NCBI GenBank assembly: GCA_965204745.1
Contig: OZ242010.1
Location: 1,984,001 to 2,048,000, forward strand
Length of the DNA stretch: 64,000 bases
Source of the DNA: Candidatus Latescibacterota bacterium
GTDB lineage: Bacteria; Latescibacterota; UBA2968
Direction: 5' to 3'
Part shown: positions 29,534-39,280 of the stretch, in pieces
Position numbering within the stretch: the first letter of the stretch is position 1
Layout: each line of letters starts with the position of its first letter
Position numbers and translations under genes: made by a program
The notes under the pieces: model-generated
What the model saw: only the letters and a program-made list of their open reading frames with translations
What the model was told of the DNA's origin: nothing
Database searches by the model: none

Positions 29534-29955
29534 GCACACTTGAAATGACGACTTTGGTCGATGTCCCGGATCTGGATATCCCGCGCATAGAAGCGGTGGT
29601 GAACCAACTCTTGTCGGACAAGGGCGTGCGCACGCCGGTGTCTTGCGTGCTGACGTGCGACGCGCATATCCGACAACTCAACAACCAGTATCGCAACGCG
29701 GACCAACCCACTGACGTGCTTTCCTTCGACCTTTCAGACGCGGTGCATCCCGAAGCCCAGTGTTGTGGGGAACTCTACATTTCAGTCGAGCGCGCACGCC
29801 ACCAGGCCGCCATGCACAACCGCTCCCCGCAAACGGAGATCACCCACCTGACCCTGCACGGCGCCCTGCATTTGCTCGGCTTTGAACACGATACCCAAGC
29901 GGGCTACGCGCAAATGCGCCGCGAAGAAGAGAAATATTTGGCTTTGATGGGGTGA
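29530..29955 (+). CDS. ybeY: rRNA maturation endoribonuclease YbeY
   Basis: TDVLSF, HGALHLLGFEH; conserved phoH-HD-ybeY order. Confidence 0.93.
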   Translation: MSTLEMTTLVDVPDLDIPRIEAVVNQLLSDKGVRTPVSCVLTCDAHIRQLNNQYRNADQPTDVLSFDLSDAVHPEAQCCGELYISVERARHQAAMHNRSPQTEITHLTLHGALHLLGFEHDTQAGYAQMRREEEKYLALMG

Positions 29956-30071
29956 GAAAAGCACAAAAAGGAATGGGCGAGCCATCCGCTTGCCGTCACT
30001 CTGGCGCACGCGCAAGCGGCCGTAGCCAACGCCGGAGTCCCGCCCGTAAATTCGCTTCCCGCGAAAGGAGT

Positions 30072-31382
30072 GTGATTTTTTTGGATGAAGCAATTTTCAC
30101 GACCATCGCTGCTCTCGTCCTGACAGCGGCTTTTTCGAGGCTCGGCTCAATTGGTATCTCGCGCACGGCCCTCGAGCGCATGTACGAAGAAAAAATACCA
30201 CGCGCAGGACTTTACCTGTGGCTTTATCGGTCGCGCGATTTTGTGTCACAGATGGTTTTGCTCGGTCAGACCATCGCCATATCCATAGGTGCTCTCGCGC
30301 TGTTGTCCCTGTTTTTTGAATCCCCGGGGTTCTGGCAGTACCTCGGCGCGGTGTGGTTCGTCGCGCTCTACGTCTTTCTCGCGCTGTTCATCCGCAGCAT
30401 CGTTCCCCCCTACCGCAGGGAAGAAGGTTCAGACCGTCCCCTGCCCCTTTTGCCGATCTGTTTCCTGCCCGTGTACGCCATCCTCGTGTTGCCCACGCTC
30501 TTGTTGCAAAAGGCGCAAACCGCGTTTGTGAGCGAAGACGACAACCGCACATTGAAAGAAGAGGAATTGCGAAACATCGTGGAATTGGAAACGGAAGAGG
30601 GCACCATCGAAGCAGAAGAACGCGAGATGATCGAGAGCATCTTCGACTTTGGCGAAACCACTGTCAAGGAAGTGATGATCCCGCGCATCGACATGATTTC
30701 CGCCGAGATAACCGCCACGCCTCAAGAACTCCTCGAGTTGATCCGACAATCATGGCATTCGCGCATCCCGATTTACGAAGAGCGCATCGACAACATCAAG
30801 GGCGTGGTGTATGTCAAAGATATTTTGCTCAATCTGGCGACCAATCAGACGTGGTCCATTCCACAGGTCATGCGCGCGCCTTATTTTGTGCCCGAGACCA
30901 AAACACTCGACGATTTGATGGCGGAGTTGAAGCGCGAGAAGGTACACATGGCGATTGTCGTCGGGGAATACGGCGGCACGTCTGGCCTGATTACGATGGA
31001 AGACATCATCGAGGAGATCGTCGGCGAGATTCAAGACGAATACGACGATGAGGAACCGCTTTTTGAATGGCGCGACGAGGGCGAGGTCCTCATCGCAGAT
31101 GCGCGCATTGACATCGAAGACCTCAATGACGTGCTCCAGGTCGAACTGCCACAAGAGGGGTACGAAACCCTCGGCGGGTTCATCTTCAACGCACTCGGAC
31201 ACGTCCCCGAGGCCGGGGAAAATTTGGAATACGGCCATCTGGTGATCGAAATCCTCGAAGTCGTGGGGCAGCGCATCACGCGGGTCAAAATTTCCAAACT
31301 CGGCGATCCCTCACCGGGCAGGGCAGATAGCAGCACAACGGAGGCAGAGATGCCCCCACAGAATGACAAAGGAGAAAAATAA
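30072..31382 (+). CDS. hemolysin/CNNM family CBS-CorC transporter-associated protein
   Basis: N-terminal TMs, EVMIPRIDM, HSRIPIY, EYGGTSGLITMEDIIEEIVGEI; GTG start after AAGGAG. Confidence 0.9.
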   Translation: MIFLDEAIFTTIAALVLTAAFSRLGSIGISRTALERMYEEKIPRAGLYLWLYRSRDFVSQMVLLGQTIAISIGALALLSLFFESPGFWQYLGAVWFVALYVFLALFIRSIVPPYRREEGSDRPLPLLPICFLPVYAILVLPTLLLQKAQTAFVSEDDNRTLKEEELRNIVELETEEGTIEAEEREMIESIFDFGETTVKEVMIPRIDMISAEITATPQELLELIRQSWHSRIPIYEERIDNIKGVVYVKDILLNLATNQTWSIPQVMRAPYFVPETKTLDDLMAELKREKVHMAIVVGEYGGTSGLITMEDIIEEIVGEIQDEYDDEEPLFEWRDEGEVLIADARIDIEDLNDVLQVELPQEGYETLGGFIFNALGHVPEAGENLEYGHLVIEILEVVGQRITRVKISKLGDPSPGRADSSTTEAEMPPQNDKGEK

Positions 31383-31437
31383 CTTGACAAATGTCCAAAA
31401 ATTCGGTTTTTTGTGTTTCAACACTTGGACATGTGGT

Positions 31438-31514
<77 letters not shown>

Positions 31515-31521
31515 AGAAAAT

Positions 31522-31559
31522 AGGGGGACCGATATTTTCGGTCCCCCTTTCTTTTTTTT
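31522..31559 (+). terminator. rho-independent terminator after tRNA
   Basis: AGGGGGACCGA-tatt-TTCGGTCCCCCT followed by T tract. Confidence 0.85.
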
Positions 31560-31694
31560 GGGGCACGGGCCTACACTGAAACGCTTTAATCAGGGGGCAC
31601 CGCCTCTACCTTCTTGTATCTTTGGGCGAGCACAGGAGCATCGCCCCTACGTTTCTATCCTCGCCTCTTGCCTCTCCCCTCTCCCCTCTCCCCA

Positions 31695-32858
31695 TCAATA
31701 AAACACATGCAGTTGCAGGGCGTAGCGCGATGAGCGGAAGGTCTCGGTGTCGAGGATGCGGTATTCGGGCCGCAACTCGATTTGCGGGGTCAAAAACATC
31801 TGTATGCCGAACACGGCTTGTCGCGTGGTCAGCTCTGTGGCGCGGACCGTTGCGCCGCGTTCTCCTCGTGCGAAGAAGAGCAAGCCGGGCCGCGCTTGAA
31901 ACGAGACATCGAGAGACGCGGTTTTTGTCTCGCGCAGGTCATCCTTATCGGCGAGGGCGTATTCGACCATGACCGCGAGCATGTCCTGTATGCCCATCCC
32001 GGCAAAGAGATTCGTCATCGCAAAATCGCCATTTTTGAGCCACGATCCGCCCACATAAAAATTGATCTTCTGCTCGACCCATCGCGGCCACAACACGACG
32101 CGCCCCAAAAAGGACGGTTTATCCCGGTCCGCGATCAAAGAGACCAGCGCGCCTTGGGCGTCTCGCACCGTGTTTTCCGCGAGGGCGTGGGCGCGATGAA
32201 TCCCCGCGGTCAGGGACAGCCACAGGTATTTGTAATAATGCACTTCCGCGCCGTATTCGGCGTAATTGGGCGCGATGAGGGACGAGTACCCGGCAACATG
32301 GGGCGTTTGCCGAACCAGCATGGTGTGATCGTCATACCGCATGCCGATGGATGGCTGAAAATGTCCCACGCGCACCGCGGGCCAGTCGTAGTTGGGCTGG
32401 TAAATCGCAGACGCGGTCCACGCTCGCTGCCCATCGTATTTCTCCGGGCCAAAATTGTACGTGCCTTCAACCTTGAAGGCATTGGAGGGCCGCACGACAC
32501 CATACAGCGCGACCTGCATGGGAAAGACCTTGCGCGCCGCGTCTGGCGAGATATGTGACCGCGCCATTTGCCCGCGCACATCCGCGCCCAACAGCAGCAG
32601 GCCATCGGCAAACGCGGTCTTGCCCGGCAAAACGTAATTGGGCGCGAGCATTCCCACGCCATCCATCGAATACTGCCCCAACTCGTCCCGCTGCGCCCCG
32701 CCCTGCGTGCTGACGTGGCAGTTGATGCACCGATTGCCGGTGAGCAAGGCAAATTGCGAGAGGGCCTCGGCCTGTCCCATCCATCCGATCCCTATCCCGA
32801 TCACCCATCCCAACACGCGAAAATACGTCGTCATACTTTTATCCCTTCTCGTCATCAT
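31695..32858 (-). CDS. putative outer-membrane beta-barrel with N-terminal CxxCH motif
   Basis: Signal peptide, RCINCH, alternating beta-strand pattern, C-terminal aromatic (LHVFY). Confidence 0.65.
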   Translation of the reverse strand: MMTRRDKSMTTYFRVLGWVIGIGIGWMGQAEALSQFALLTGNRCINCHVSTQGGAQRDELGQYSMDGVGMLAPNYVLPGKTAFADGLLLLGADVRGQMARSHISPDAARKVFPMQVALYGVVRPSNAFKVEGTYNFGPEKYDGQRAWTASAIYQPNYDWPAVRVGHFQPSIGMRYDDHTMLVRQTPHVAGYSSLIAPNYAEYGAEVHYYKYLWLSLTAGIHRAHALAENTVRDAQGALVSLIADRDKPSFLGRVVLWPRWVEQKINFYVGGSWLKNGDFAMTNLFAGMGIQDMLAVMVEYALADKDDLRETKTASLDVSFQARPGLLFFARGERGATVRATELTTRQAVFGIQMFLTPQIELRPEYRILDTETFRSSRYALQLHVFY

Positions 32859-32913
32859 CGTCGCCTTCTGTTAGGTTGAACCGCGTTTGAGGTCGTTCAC
32901 GAAACGAAATACG

Positions 32914-32952
32914 ACCCCTCCCCCGGCCCCTCCCCGAAACGGAGAGGGGAGT
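32914..32952. repeat. REP-like hairpin
   Basis: CCCCTCCCCGGCCCCTCCCCGAAACGGAGAGGGGAG. Confidence 0.6.
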
Positions 32953-33064
32953 CCTGATCTCCTACCTCGTAGGATTGGGGTAGGAAAAAAACAATTTCTG
33001 AGTTCGTTTGGAAAATGAATGATGTGATCTGAAGCAAAAGAATCCAGTTGTGGTTTTGCGTCCA

Positions 33065-34231
33065 TCATGTTTTCCCCTGATTTGGTTCGATGAGTGCTAC
33101 TCGATGCGCTTTTTGCGATTCCTCGTAAAAGATCATCATGTCCAAATCTGGCACTTCTGCGGGCGCGAAGTACCACTTTGCAATGAGCGTCTCGCCCTCT
33201 ACTGCCAGCACTTTCAGATCAAAAAACACCTCTGGGGTTGAGAATTTGCGCTTGACCTCGGCGCGCACGCGCTTCAGGTCTGCGGGGAAGGATGCACCGC
33301 GCTTGGGCACGGTGAGTTCGGCATGCACGAAAAGCGGCACTTGTCGTTGATTGAAGGTCGGCAACCCGTGTATTGGCGCGAGGCCATCGAGGTAATATTG
33401 TAGCAACTTGTCGGTTTTGCGATCAACGACAATTTGTTTCGTCAGCGCACGGACGAGCGCGAGCGCGAAGCACACCAGATGGTTGACCTGTTTGCTACTC
33501 AAGGTCAAGCTGGTTCCCGCTTTGGAATCCGAGAGGGTCAATGTGTCTCCGGAGACAGAGAAGCTATTTTTGTGTATGACCGCATTCCGATACGGCATCA
33601 GTTGACAAAAGAGGGCCTTCGCGTAGTCGTAAAGGTGCGGTTGGTTTTTGAACGGGTCGGGGAGTTGGAGATTGGATGCTCGTTGCGTCAGAATTTTCAC
33701 TTTGTCCGCAAAACGCCAAGGTACCTTTGAGATGTTCCCACAGTTATGATTCTCTTCAAGGATCCATTCAAAGATCATATCCAGCGTCTTGAAAGATGCA
33801 ACGAAGGTGAGGGGCATCATGGCGTTCAGGAGACTTGAGTCGGGGCCAAAAACAGATTCCTCAAAGGTTAGCTCATGCGAAATCTGCTGTTCGCCATTCG
33901 TGATCCTGATCACCGGAGCGTCGCGCTGGCTTCTGCCCATTTCATAACGCTTTTCCAGAAAATCGAGAAACCAGGCCTCATACTCCAACTTGTCCAAAAG
34001 CCTTCCCCGCTCTGTACTTTGGGGATTAGCCCTTGCTTCTCGTTGGAGTTTCGATCTGCTCTGTGAGATGCGTTTGACAACCGGTGGCGCGTACAGCCGC
34101 TCGCCACAACGCAGACAAACTTCCGCTTGAATTTTCACGATCTCGGAAAGAGCGCCAACTCGCACAATTTTCTCGACTTTCTTTTTTTTTATCCCGCCAC
34201 CACATACCGGACATTTATCAAACGACGCCAT
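33065..34231 (-). CDS. YgiT/MqsA-type zinc-finger fused to uncharacterised domain with RxxxxH (HEPN-like) motif
   Basis: CPVCGG...AEVCLRCGERLY; YRNAVIH. Confidence 0.6.
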   Translation of the reverse strand: MASFDKCPVCGGGIKKKKVEKIVRVGALSEIVKIQAEVCLRCGERLYAPPVVKRISQSRSKLQREARANPQSTERGRLLDKLEYEAWFLDFLEKRYEMGRSQRDAPVIRITNGEQQISHELTFEESVFGPDSSLLNAMMPLTFVASFKTLDMIFEWILEENHNCGNISKVPWRFADKVKILTQRASNLQLPDPFKNQPHLYDYAKALFCQLMPYRNAVIHKNSFSVSGDTLTLSDSKAGTSLTLSSKQVNHLVCFALALVRALTKQIVVDRKTDKLLQYYLDGLAPIHGLPTFNQRQVPLFVHAELTVPKRGASFPADLKRVRAEVKRKFSTPEVFFDLKVLAVEGETLIAKWYFAPAEVPDLDMMIFYEESQKAHRVALIEPNQGKT

Positions 34232-34274
34232 TAGGTTCTCCCAATTCGCAATTCTCTTATGTGGTCGCGTTTGA

Positions 34275-34835
34275 TTAAAACGTCTGTCCGTCGCCGGGGG
34301 CGCCGCCGCCGAAGGTCACTTCCATGCCCGTGAGGTCGCGTAGAAAAATTTGCAGGCGGATGATATGCACATTGCCCGCGCCCATTCGCATGTTCAGGCC
34401 ATCGATGACTTCGGGCGTGAGGAAATCGAGGTTTTGCTCCAAGAACGCGATTCCGTCGAGATAGTCTTCAAACGCGGCTTCAAACTCTTCGATGTGCAAC
34501 CGGCGCAAATACGGATTCTCGGGGCGCATGGCGCGCAAGGTCCCCAAAATGGCGTGCAGGCGTGCGGTCATGTTGTGGATAAATTGCCGCGACCAATAGA
34601 CCGGGATCGCGTTTTGCGTGACCTCGGCCGTTACCCCGCCGTATTCCGCGAAAAAGACGTCAATGGATGGAAAGACCCCGTTGATCGCGCTGATGTACGC
34701 ATTGGCCTCATCCGCGGTTGCGTAGTCAAAAGTCAGTTCGGCGGGCGGCTCAGGCTCTAACGTCGCGGGATTTGTGGGAGTTGAAGACCCGCATCCGATG
34801 CACAGCAATGCAAAACACAAGATCCATGGTTTCAT
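34275..34835 (-). CDS. hypothetical lipoprotein
   Basis: MKPWILCFALLCIGC lipobox-like; AGGAG RBS. Confidence 0.65.
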   Translation of the reverse strand: MKPWILCFALLCIGCGSSTPTNPATLEPEPPAELTFDYATADEANAYISAINGVFPSIDVFFAEYGGVTAEVTQNAIPVYWSRQFIHNMTARLHAILGTLRAMRPENPYLRRLHIEEFEAAFEDYLDGIAFLEQNLDFLTPEVIDGLNMRMGAGNVHIIRLQIFLRDLTGMEVTFGGGAPGDGQTF

Positions 34836-35009
34836 AACGTCTCCTGCAACTGTCTTAAAAACCCTGACAGCCATTGAATAGTTGCAAAAGCAGTCGCTTT
34901 TCGCAGGTCAAAACCTCACATACCGCTAAGATGGGATGCCTTTATTTAGGCTAAACGGATCGATTCCCGCGTTGGCTACGCCTGTGCCTACGAGAATGAG
35001 GGGTGGAAG

Positions 35010-35537
35010 TCATACCATATAAATCAAACGCCGTTTCTGGTATCGTTCGGTATTTCCCAAAAGGCGAGCGATTTCGTCGTCCGACAGGGGGCGACGCGGT
35101 TTGGCGGGGACCCCGGCCACGAGCGTGCGCGGCTCAACTTCCGCGCCTTCCAAGACGAGGGCGTGCGCGGCCACCAGCGCGGATTCGCCCACCACTGCGC
35201 CTGTCAACACGGTTGCCCCCATCCCGATAGTCACGCCAGGTTTGATTTGACACCCGTGCAAAATCGCGTTGTGTCCCACCGTCACATTTTCGCCCACGTC
35301 ACAGGGATAGCCCGGATCCGTATGCACCACAACGCCATCTTGGATATTCGATCCCTCGCGGATGACAATGGGCTCGACATCGCCCCGAATCACCGCGTTG
35401 AACCAGACACTCACCCCCGCGCTGATCACCACGTCGCCAATGACCACCGCGCCGGGCGCGACATAAGCCGACGGGTCGATGCGCGGGGTTTTGTCTTTGT
35501 AGGGCAAGATCGTCATGGTCTCATCGCCTCTTATCAT
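35010..35537 (-). CDS. gamma carbonic anhydrase family (hexapeptide repeat) protein
   Basis: VIGDV, RGDVEPI, SNIQDG..VH, VTVGH.A.LHGC. Confidence 0.92.
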   Translation of the reverse strand: MIRGDETMTILPYKDKTPRIDPSAYVAPGAVVIGDVVISAGVSVWFNAVIRGDVEPIVIREGSNIQDGVVVHTDPGYPCDVGENVTVGHNAILHGCQIKPGVTIGMGATVLTGAVVGESALVAAHALVLEGAEVEPRTLVAGVPAKPRRPLSDDEIARLLGNTERYQKRRLIYMV

Positions 35538-36483
35538 CCGCGACCGGGCCGAGGGTAAATGTCTCGCTGCTCTGCGTGGCTTTCGCGCCTGTCACCAGCC
35601 CGGTCACGAAACCGAAAATGCCAAAAATTGCGGCGGCCCAGATCATCGTCTCTTTGACATCGGCATTGGCCTGCCAGGCAGCGAGCGCGCCTGTCACCGC
35701 GCCCGTGGCCGCGCCGCCGAGTCCCGATACAATGGCCCGTTCCATCGCAACCGAACCGCGTTGACCAAAGAACCGCACCTCGCGGATATCGGACGTAGCG
35801 ACTTTTTGAACTTGCAAATCCGTCTCGATCAAAATGCTGTGATCTTCGTACATCGGCAGAAATTCGCCTTTGATTTGCTCGCCGTTCTTCAAGGTGAGCA
35901 TGCCGGGAAAGCGCGTTTCCACGCGAAAGCGCGTCTTGCGTTCTTCAAAAGAAATGGCGTCTTCGGTGTATTGCGGATAGGTCGCATCGCTTGTTGACGT
36001 GTCCGCTAACGCGTACTCGCCCTTGATGATCTCATCGAAATGCTCGATGTAGTCCCGCAAGCGGTGCAAGTCGTTTTCATTTCGCAAATCGACCAACTGG
36101 GTTTCGATGCGTGGGCCGGAGCGGTATTGAATTTTGATGGCGAGTTTGCCATTGTCGCGCTTCATAAACTCGGCGGACTGGAATCCCGATACGCCCAAGC
36201 GCAAGACCGGCAGGTCTATTTTTTGCGAATACACGGTCGCGCCTTGAAACAGGGCGTAGCGATTGCTCTCTTCCAAGTCGATTTGAGCACCCACCCGTTG
36301 GCTCAACACGATGCGCGTGCCAGACACGCGGCGCACATCCACGATCCCCCAGGCATCTTCGCCCAAGCGGTCGATCACGCGCTCGGCTGGCATCTCCTTT
36401 TCGCGGTCAGCGGCCCGCACCGGGCACACGGAAAACAACAACATGCACATCGCGGTTATGATGGAAATTGATTTTTTGATCAT
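35521..36483 (-). CDS. hypothetical exported protein with C-terminal glycine-zipper TM segments
   Basis: Signal peptide after AGGAG RBS; GLGGAATGAVTGALA. Confidence 0.7.
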   Translation of the reverse strand: MIKKSISIITAMCMLLFSVCPVRAADREKEMPAERVIDRLGEDAWGIVDVRRVSGTRIVLSQRVGAQIDLEESNRYALFQGATVYSQKIDLPVLRLGVSGFQSAEFMKRDNGKLAIKIQYRSGPRIETQLVDLRNENDLHRLRDYIEHFDEIIKGEYALADTSTSDATYPQYTEDAISFEERKTRFRVETRFPGMLTLKNGEQIKGEFLPMYEDHSILIETDLQVQKVATSDIREVRFFGQRGSVAMERAIVSGLGGAATGAVTGALAAWQANADVKETMIWAAAIFGIFGFVTGLVTGAKATQSSETFTLGPVADDKRR

Positions 36484-36629
36484 GAAATTCTCCTGTGAAA
36501 AATGGATGAAAAGGAAAAAAACAAAAATCACTGGACCCGGCGTTGGCTACGCTTGGGTGACGAAAACTTACACAAAATTGAATTGCCATTGTCCTGATGT
36601 GATATGCTACCAGCCAGTGATCCCCTTGA

Positions 36630-36911
36630 AGTTACGCACAGATTAGCAAATGTGCTACTTGCTCATTTAAGGCGTTTGGTCCTACAGCCTCGTTGGTTGC
36701 CTCCGATGCCTTCGGCGACCTACTTTTTTTCAACAGCAAAAAAAAGTAGGCAAAAAATGCCGCTCTCAAACGCCGAGAGGCTTGCACAGCGCAAATCGCT
36801 TTTGTAACAGAACGATATACGCCAGCCTGCAAAGTGAGTTGCAAGATGGACATGGGTTGCCAATGGACTTGCGCGCTGTGCGTGATGGCTTGATCGGAGG
36901 GGGTTTTGCGA
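36630..36911 (-). repeat. TIR-less copy of the internal region of MITE copy 1
   Basis: Reverse complement of ~660-935 (e.g. CTTGCACAGCGCAAATCGCTTTTGTAACAGAACG); no GTGTTGACA ends. Confidence 0.85.
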
Positions 36912-37056
36912 TGGCAGAGCGGATGCGCGATGCGATGGACGCGGCATCGCCCCTACACCCTTTTGTGCCTTTTGTATTTTTGTGTTTTTGTGCCTTTTGT
37001 GGCTCTCTTCAGGTTGGGCGGCCGGGTAGGGACTGACCACTGACCACTGACCTCAC

Positions 37057-37683
37057 CTATTCCCCGCGAATGGCCTTGGAAATGCCTTCCAAAATATACG
37101 GGCGGTACTTGCGAAATCGCAGGCGGGGGTGGAAAAAGGTGCGCTCGGGATCGGCTGTGCCGGGGATGGGAATCAGGCGCGTCAGATCCACGCTGGACAA
37201 GGTGGCTTCGCCCAAAAACCACTCTGCGATCTGCTTGACCGTGCGGTTGGGGCGACCGTCTTCAATGGCGATTTCTTCGTCTAGTGGAAAGAACAAGGCG
37301 CCATCTCCCATGACCGACACATCTTTTTGGTACGCGAGTGCGGCTTCTGTGAGTTGCCCGGGTTCTGAAATGACCACGGCCGTGACGCAGGCGACGTCCC
37401 GCTTGGACACAATGTCGCTAAACAGGGTGCGGATGCGATTTTGCAAGCCCCCGTATTCGTCCAAAAGCCGGAGCGTCCGGGGATTCACGCCCGCTTGTAG
37501 CAGCCCCAAGGCGTTGTAGCGGAGGCACTCGGCTACAAAATCGTCTTCATTGTCAAACAGGCCCACGCCGATGAGATGATCCTCATCCATCACATTGATC
37601 TGCGTGAGTCCAGACCCTGCCTCGTGCTGGAGCAAATCGTAAAAACGCCGCACATCCCGCTCGTGAAAACGCCTCATCCACAC
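37057..37683 (-). CDS. hypothetical protein, overlaps argH stop; faint primase-polymerase-like motifs
   Basis: GVNPR and DLTRLIPIPGT motifs. Confidence 0.6.
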   Translation of the reverse strand: MWMRRFHERDVRRFYDLLQHEAGSGLTQINVMDEDHLIGVGLFDNEDDFVAECLRYNALGLLQAGVNPRTLRLLDEYGGLQNRIRTLFSDIVSKRDVACVTAVVISEPGQLTEAALAYQKDVSVMGDGALFFPLDEEIAIEDGRPNRTVKQIAEWFLGEATLSSVDLTRLIPIPGTADPERTFFHPRLRFRKYRPYILEGISKAIRGE

Positions 37684-39074
37684 GCCTTTCTAGGGGTCAG
37701 CAACCGCCGACCCGCCTCGATCTGTCGCAAAACGGCGTCGCGCCCGGTGCCCCCGTCCAAGTTGCGCGCTTCGAGACTCGCCTCGGCTGACAAAACCTCG
37801 CGCACATCTGCATCGAACACCTCGGACGCCGCCCGCAGGGTTGCCATGTCCAATGCCTCCAATCGTTCCCCACGCGCCAGGGCCGTTCTGACGAGTTGGC
37901 CCACAATGCGATGGCACACGCGAAAGGGCACGCCTTTGCGCGCGAGATAGTCCGCCAAATCCGTGGCCAAGATGGTGCTGTCCAGCGCGTCTGCCATGCG
38001 CTCGCCATTGATTTTCATGGACTGCCACGCGCCGGCAACCACGGACAGGGCGATATGCACGGTGTCTGCCGTGTCAAAAACCGGCTCTTTGTCCTCCTGC
38101 ATATCCTTGGCGTACGTCAGGGGAATGGCCTTCATCACGGTGAGCAACGACATCAAATTGCCGTACACGCGCCCGGTCTTGCCGCGCACCAGTTCCAGCG
38201 AATCGGGATTTTTCTTTTGTGGCATCATGCTCGACCCCGTGCTGAACGCGTCGTCCAATTCGATGAACCCAAACTCCGAAGACGACCAGAGGATCAAATC
38301 CTCGCAAAACCGGCTCAAGTGCCCCATCAAAATGGCGGCTGCAGACAGGTACTCCAAAAAATAATCCCGGTCGCTCACCGCGTCGATGCTGTTCTCCGCG
38401 ACGCGCGCAAAGCCCAACTCCGCGCGCAAAAATTCTCGGTCGAGCGGGTACGCGCTTCCGGCCAACGCGCCCGCGCCCAAGGGCATGGCATCGGCGCGGT
38501 TCCAGCAATCCTCAAAGCGCGTGCGGTCGCGCGCCAGCATCCAGAACAGGGCCATGGCGTAATGCGAAAACCGGATCGGCTGCGCCTGTTGCACATGCGT
38601 ATAGCCCGGCATGATCACATCGAGATGGGCTTCGGCAACGGCTAGCACCACGCCCATCACGCGCTCGATCTGCGCGATGGCGTCGGCGATGGCGTCGCGC
38701 AAAAACAATCGCTCGTCCAACGCGACTTGATCGTTGCGACTGCGGCCCGTGTGGATTTTCGCGCCCGCGTCGCCGACCAATTCGATCAACCGCTTTTCCA
38801 CCGCCATGTGGATGTCTTCCAGATCGTCGGTCAGGGGCAACGCGCCCGAGTCGATCTCTCGCTCCACGCGATTGAGACCCGCGAGCACCCGTTCCCGCTC
38901 CCCCTTTGTCAAGATGCCCATTCGGGCCAGCGCGCGGGTTTGTGCGCGGCTGCCTTCGATGTCCACTTTGTACAGCCGCTTGTCAAAACCGATAGAGGCG
39001 TTGAATTTTTCCATCAGTTTTTCGGTCGATCCCGCGAAGCGCCCGCTCCAGGGTTTTTCGGATGAATTGTTCAT
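37674..39074 (-). CDS. argH: argininosuccinate lyase
   Basis: WSGRF, EDIH, HTGRSRNDQV, GSSMMPQKKNPD. Confidence 0.97.
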   Translation of the reverse strand: MNNSSEKPWSGRFAGSTEKLMEKFNASIGFDKRLYKVDIEGSRAQTRALARMGILTKGERERVLAGLNRVEREIDSGALPLTDDLEDIHMAVEKRLIELVGDAGAKIHTGRSRNDQVALDERLFLRDAIADAIAQIERVMGVVLAVAEAHLDVIMPGYTHVQQAQPIRFSHYAMALFWMLARDRTRFEDCWNRADAMPLGAGALAGSAYPLDREFLRAELGFARVAENSIDAVSDRDYFLEYLSAAAILMGHLSRFCEDLILWSSSEFGFIELDDAFSTGSSMMPQKKNPDSLELVRGKTGRVYGNLMSLLTVMKAIPLTYAKDMQEDKEPVFDTADTVHIALSVVAGAWQSMKINGERMADALDSTILATDLADYLARKGVPFRVCHRIVGQLVRTALARGERLEALDMATLRAASEVFDADVREVLSAEASLEARNLDGGTGRDAVLRQIEAGRRLLTPRKACG

Positions 39075-39082
39075 GTTCAGTA

Positions 39083-39280
39083 GGGACCTATCCCCCCGGC
39101 CCCCTTTCCTACAAGGAAAGGGGGAGTAGGGCTTGCTTGATAGCGAACGCAAGGGCTATTTGGATGGCTTTGGGATGTGTGGATCAAGCCATGAAAACCC
39201 CCAAAACCTCTCACACAATCCCTCGCAAAACCGATCCTCGTTCCCCCTTCCTCACAGGGAGGGGGGCTAGGGGGGTGGGT
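39083..39280. repeat. REP-like doublet filling the intergenic space
   Basis: GGGACCTATCCCCCCGGCCCCCTTTCCT..AGGAAAGGGGGAG ... CCCCCTTCCT..AGGGAGGGGGGCTAGGGGG. Confidence 0.8.

Noticed and set aside
39075-39152. N-terminal extensions in the ORF track (argH; also 3472, 6680, 21759, 29952, 59069 starts)
   Set aside because: Extensions run through repeats or neighbouring genes; downstream starts fit family N-termini or RBS better
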